In this document: piece after piece, positions 62,534 to 64,000 of the stretch
Layout of the letters: every line of letters begins with the position of its first letter
Numbering within the stretch: position 1 is the first letter of the stretch
DNA from: a bacterium
Lineage (GTDB): Bacteria > SAR324 > NAC60-12
Assembly: GCA_965209155.1 (NCBI GenBank)
Contig: OZ242383.1
Location: forward strand, 2,816,001-2,880,000
Length of the DNA: 64,000 nucleotides
Reading direction: 5' to 3'
Notes under the pieces: model-generated
What the model saw: the letters and a program-made list of their open reading frames with translations, nothing else
Database searches by the model: none
Told to the model about the DNA's origin: nothing
Program-made: the position numbers and the translations under genes

Positions 62534-63533
62534 AATCAGTACGCCCTCGCGCATACATTTCACGCTGATCGACATGAATGGTGAAATCGGTCGTGTTGAT
62601 GGCAGCCTCGGCCTTTCACTCCAATACCCGGGCGTTGTTCTCGACTTCCGCACGAACGAGCGGACTGTTGTACGTGGTGGTGATATCAGCGAACGACGAC
62701 TGGTGGCGGCCGAACTGAGCGCGAGTAGTCAAATATTGCAGGTAGAGCCGGAAATTGAGATCATTATCCGAGAAATGATTCCCCCGCACCAGGGATTGGG
62801 TTCGGGCACGCAGCTAAGACTGGCAGTGCTGACTGCATTGAACCATCGATTCGGGTTGGACTACTCTCCCGCAATGCTTGCAGCAATGTCGACCCGAGGG
62901 GGTACGTCGGGTATAGGCGTCAACGCCTTTCAAGTCGGAGGATTCCTTCTTGACGGTGGTCATTCGATAGACTCCCGGAAGAAATCGTTCGCACCGTCCC
63001 ATTACGCTACGGGAGCAGGACAACCGCCACTCTTGTTGCGTTATGAATTTCCTCATTCTTGGGGGATTGCACTATTCATCCCGGAACGCATCCATGGTTT
63101 ATCCGGCGCGGATGAGCTCGAGTTCATGTTGTCGAACACTCCAATCCCAATTTGCGAGGTCCAATCGGTCTCGCACGTCATCTTGATGCGTCTCCTGCCT
63201 GCGCTGCGAGAGGCCGACATCGAAGCTTTTGGCTCGTCAGTGAGCGCCCTTCAGGAAACAGGATGGAAGAGGCGACATTGGAGGCGGCACGAAATTGAAC
63301 CGCTTCAATCCGTACGTTCGGCGTTCCATGAGACCACCGGCGTCTTTGGATGCAGTCTCTCGTCGACGGGTGCGACAATTTTCGGCTTTTTCGACACGAA
63401 AAAGTTCGCAGATGACAAAATATCAGGAAATCTGCGCAACGCTCTAAAAAGACACGAGGCCGTGCCCGGACGAGTGCTATGTACCCGTGCGAACAATACC
63501 GGAATGCGGTTAGAAACAATAGAAGGCGAGTAA
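62511..63533 (+). CDS. Beta-RFAP synthase family protein (GHMP fold)
   Basis: TPSRIHFTLID, PPHQGLGSGTQ, RGGTSGIG, GGFLLDGG, ANNTG. Confidence 0.9.
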   Translation: MSLTSTHRISTPSRIHFTLIDMNGEIGRVDGSLGLSLQYPGVVLDFRTNERTVVRGGDISERRLVAAELSASSQILQVEPEIEIIIREMIPPHQGLGSGTQLRLAVLTALNHRFGLDYSPAMLAAMSTRGGTSGIGVNAFQVGGFLLDGGHSIDSRKKSFAPSHYATGAGQPPLLLRYEFPHSWGIALFIPERIHGLSGADELEFMLSNTPIPICEVQSVSHVILMRLLPALREADIEAFGSSVSALQETGWKRRHWRRHEIEPLQSVRSAFHETTGVFGCSLSSTGATIFGFFDTKKFADDKISGNLRNALKRHEAVPGRVLCTRANNTGMRLETIEGE

Positions 63534-63727
63534 AAATCCGCCGATGCTGGTTTGGTTCTTAACGTGTTATATGTAGAGGATCATAAAATTAAGAACTCTT
63601 AAGGTACCATAACCCTTGTTCTTTCCTGAATAAAACAACCGTGGGGATATGGAAATTTCAGATGTAATCTGATATATTTCAAATTGAGACACTAGCGAAG
63701 CCAAAACCTTAAAAAAAGGATTCAAAA

Positions 63728-64000
63728 ATGAAAAAATCAGTATCAATCATCATATTGTCAGGAGTGCTGGGATTGACCACCGTTCTTTCCGATTTACGAC
63801 CTGTCCATGCCATTAACCATAATATCATGGCAAGTGAAGTGGTAGACAGGGAAACCCTGAGGGGATTCGTATACGCTGCCAAAATGTATATAGAAAATCT
63901 CGGTAAAGATGTTTGGGAATTCCTTGACAAAGAAGCCCGAATAGAAGGGCATTGGAAACATGGATCAATCTATCTTTTTATCGGAACCGAGGAGGGAGAC
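63728..64000 (+). CDS. Exported protein, probable Cache domain, truncated by the window edge
   Basis: MKKSVSIIILSG signal; TLRGFVYAA...WKHGSIYLFI; AAGGA RBS. Confidence 0.7.
   Translation, partial: MKKSVSIIILSGVLGLTTVLSDLRPVHAINHNIMASEVVDRETLRGFVYAAKMYIENLGKDVWEFLDKEARIEGHWKHGSIYLFIGTEEGD

Overview
A 64-kb bacterial chromosomal window. Gene content suggests a Deltaproteobacteria/SAR324-like organism, which is my inference only. An AT-rich housekeeping core (~10-38 kb) carries alkA-like, GST, msrA, an aminotransferase, a cold-shock gene, Rrf2-iscSU-hscBA-tyrS, a solitary nuoM, metH with a two-domain transsulfuration enzyme and a JAB protein, a class I aldolase, and an APC-RCK-PTS IIA fusion. 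There are four tRNAs (Lys, Asp, Val, Leu). Both flanks are accessory regions with family-5 ABC transporter parts, a Zur/COG0523 zinc module, toxin-antitoxin genes and many gene scars. Most notable: (1) a 562-bp transposase-less IS200/IS605-type element in two copies, carrying a four-helix-bundle gene inside a 20-bp inverted repeat; its ends fit the HUH guide/cleavage rule and an empty-site equivalent lies in the same window; (2) an NCS2 permease fused to a degenerate anti-sigma kinase domain, upstream of a divergent TrpB2 (catalytic Glu->Asp) and a beta-RFAP-synthase-like gene, a candidate undescribed C-riboside pathway; (3) a ~250-bp promoter/structured leader in three copies with variable -35/-10 spacing; (4) nested MITEs; (5) a promoter-bearing, rod-shaped ncRNA candidate. 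All calls are by eye; no searches were run.
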